From Octopus bimaculoides (Eukaryota), in assembly GCF_001194135.2 (NCBI RefSeq), contig NC_068983.1, forward strand, positions 117,027,925 through 117,091,924: a stretch of 64,000 nucleotides of DNA, read 5' to 3'. Shown one piece after another: positions 63,763 through 64,000 of the stretch. The notes under the pieces are model-generated. The model was not told the DNA's origin and ran no database searches. It saw only the letters and a program-made list of their open reading frames with translations. The position numbers and the translations under genes are program-made. The first letter of the stretch is position 1. Each line of letters starts with the position of its first letter.

Positions 63763-64000
63763 AGACATATGTATCATAAGCATAGATAAGTTCACGCAAC
63801 ACAATGTTGTGTTGCGTGATCTTGGGTACGCTCATGCTTGGTAACGCTCATGCTGTGTACTTTTACTTTGTACTTGTACTTTATGCCTTTCTTAAATTAA
63901 GGACAGAAAATGAGTCTCTCAGATGTTAAGAATATATCTCAGCTGGTGTCTGTCTATGTTTGTATGTATGTATGAATGTATGAATGTATGAATGTATGTA

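Noticed and set aside
575-63835. Numerous long ORFs rich in YI/HT/CV/RE or X
   Set aside because: They are translations of TA/CA/GA microsatellites and N gaps, not genes.
1-64000. CRISPR arrays, rRNA, operons or other prokaryotic systems
   Set aside because: No repeat-spacer arrays or rRNA-like sequence seen; the architecture is that of repeat-rich animal non-coding DNA.

Overview
AT-rich, repeat-dense eukaryotic DNA with many N gaps, most of them sitting in TA/CA/GA microsatellites. The SINE and LINE families resemble those I associate with octopod cephalopods (Octopus); this is an inference, not a database result. I recognise no intact protein-coding gene: the long ORFs in the track are microsatellite or N read-through, or transposon fragments. 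The window contains (i) several tRNA-headed SINE families in many copies, (ii) decayed REL-endonuclease LINEs (R4/Dong-like) strung along (TAA)n tracts, including a nearly end-to-end copy at 39.1-42.0 kb, (iii) a decayed Penelope-like element (RT + GIY-YIG) and three Penelope-type termini with a hammerhead-like motif, (iv) CR1/L2 fragments and mariner-derived MITEs, and (v) several foldback elements. The most unusual observations are a foldback element whose inverted arms enclose a tRNA-Thr-like Pol III cassette with its own terminator (2 copies), a ~550-bp non-coding element without a tRNA head found only between (TAA)n tracts (2 copies), and two insertion chains with a similar order built on (TAA)n.
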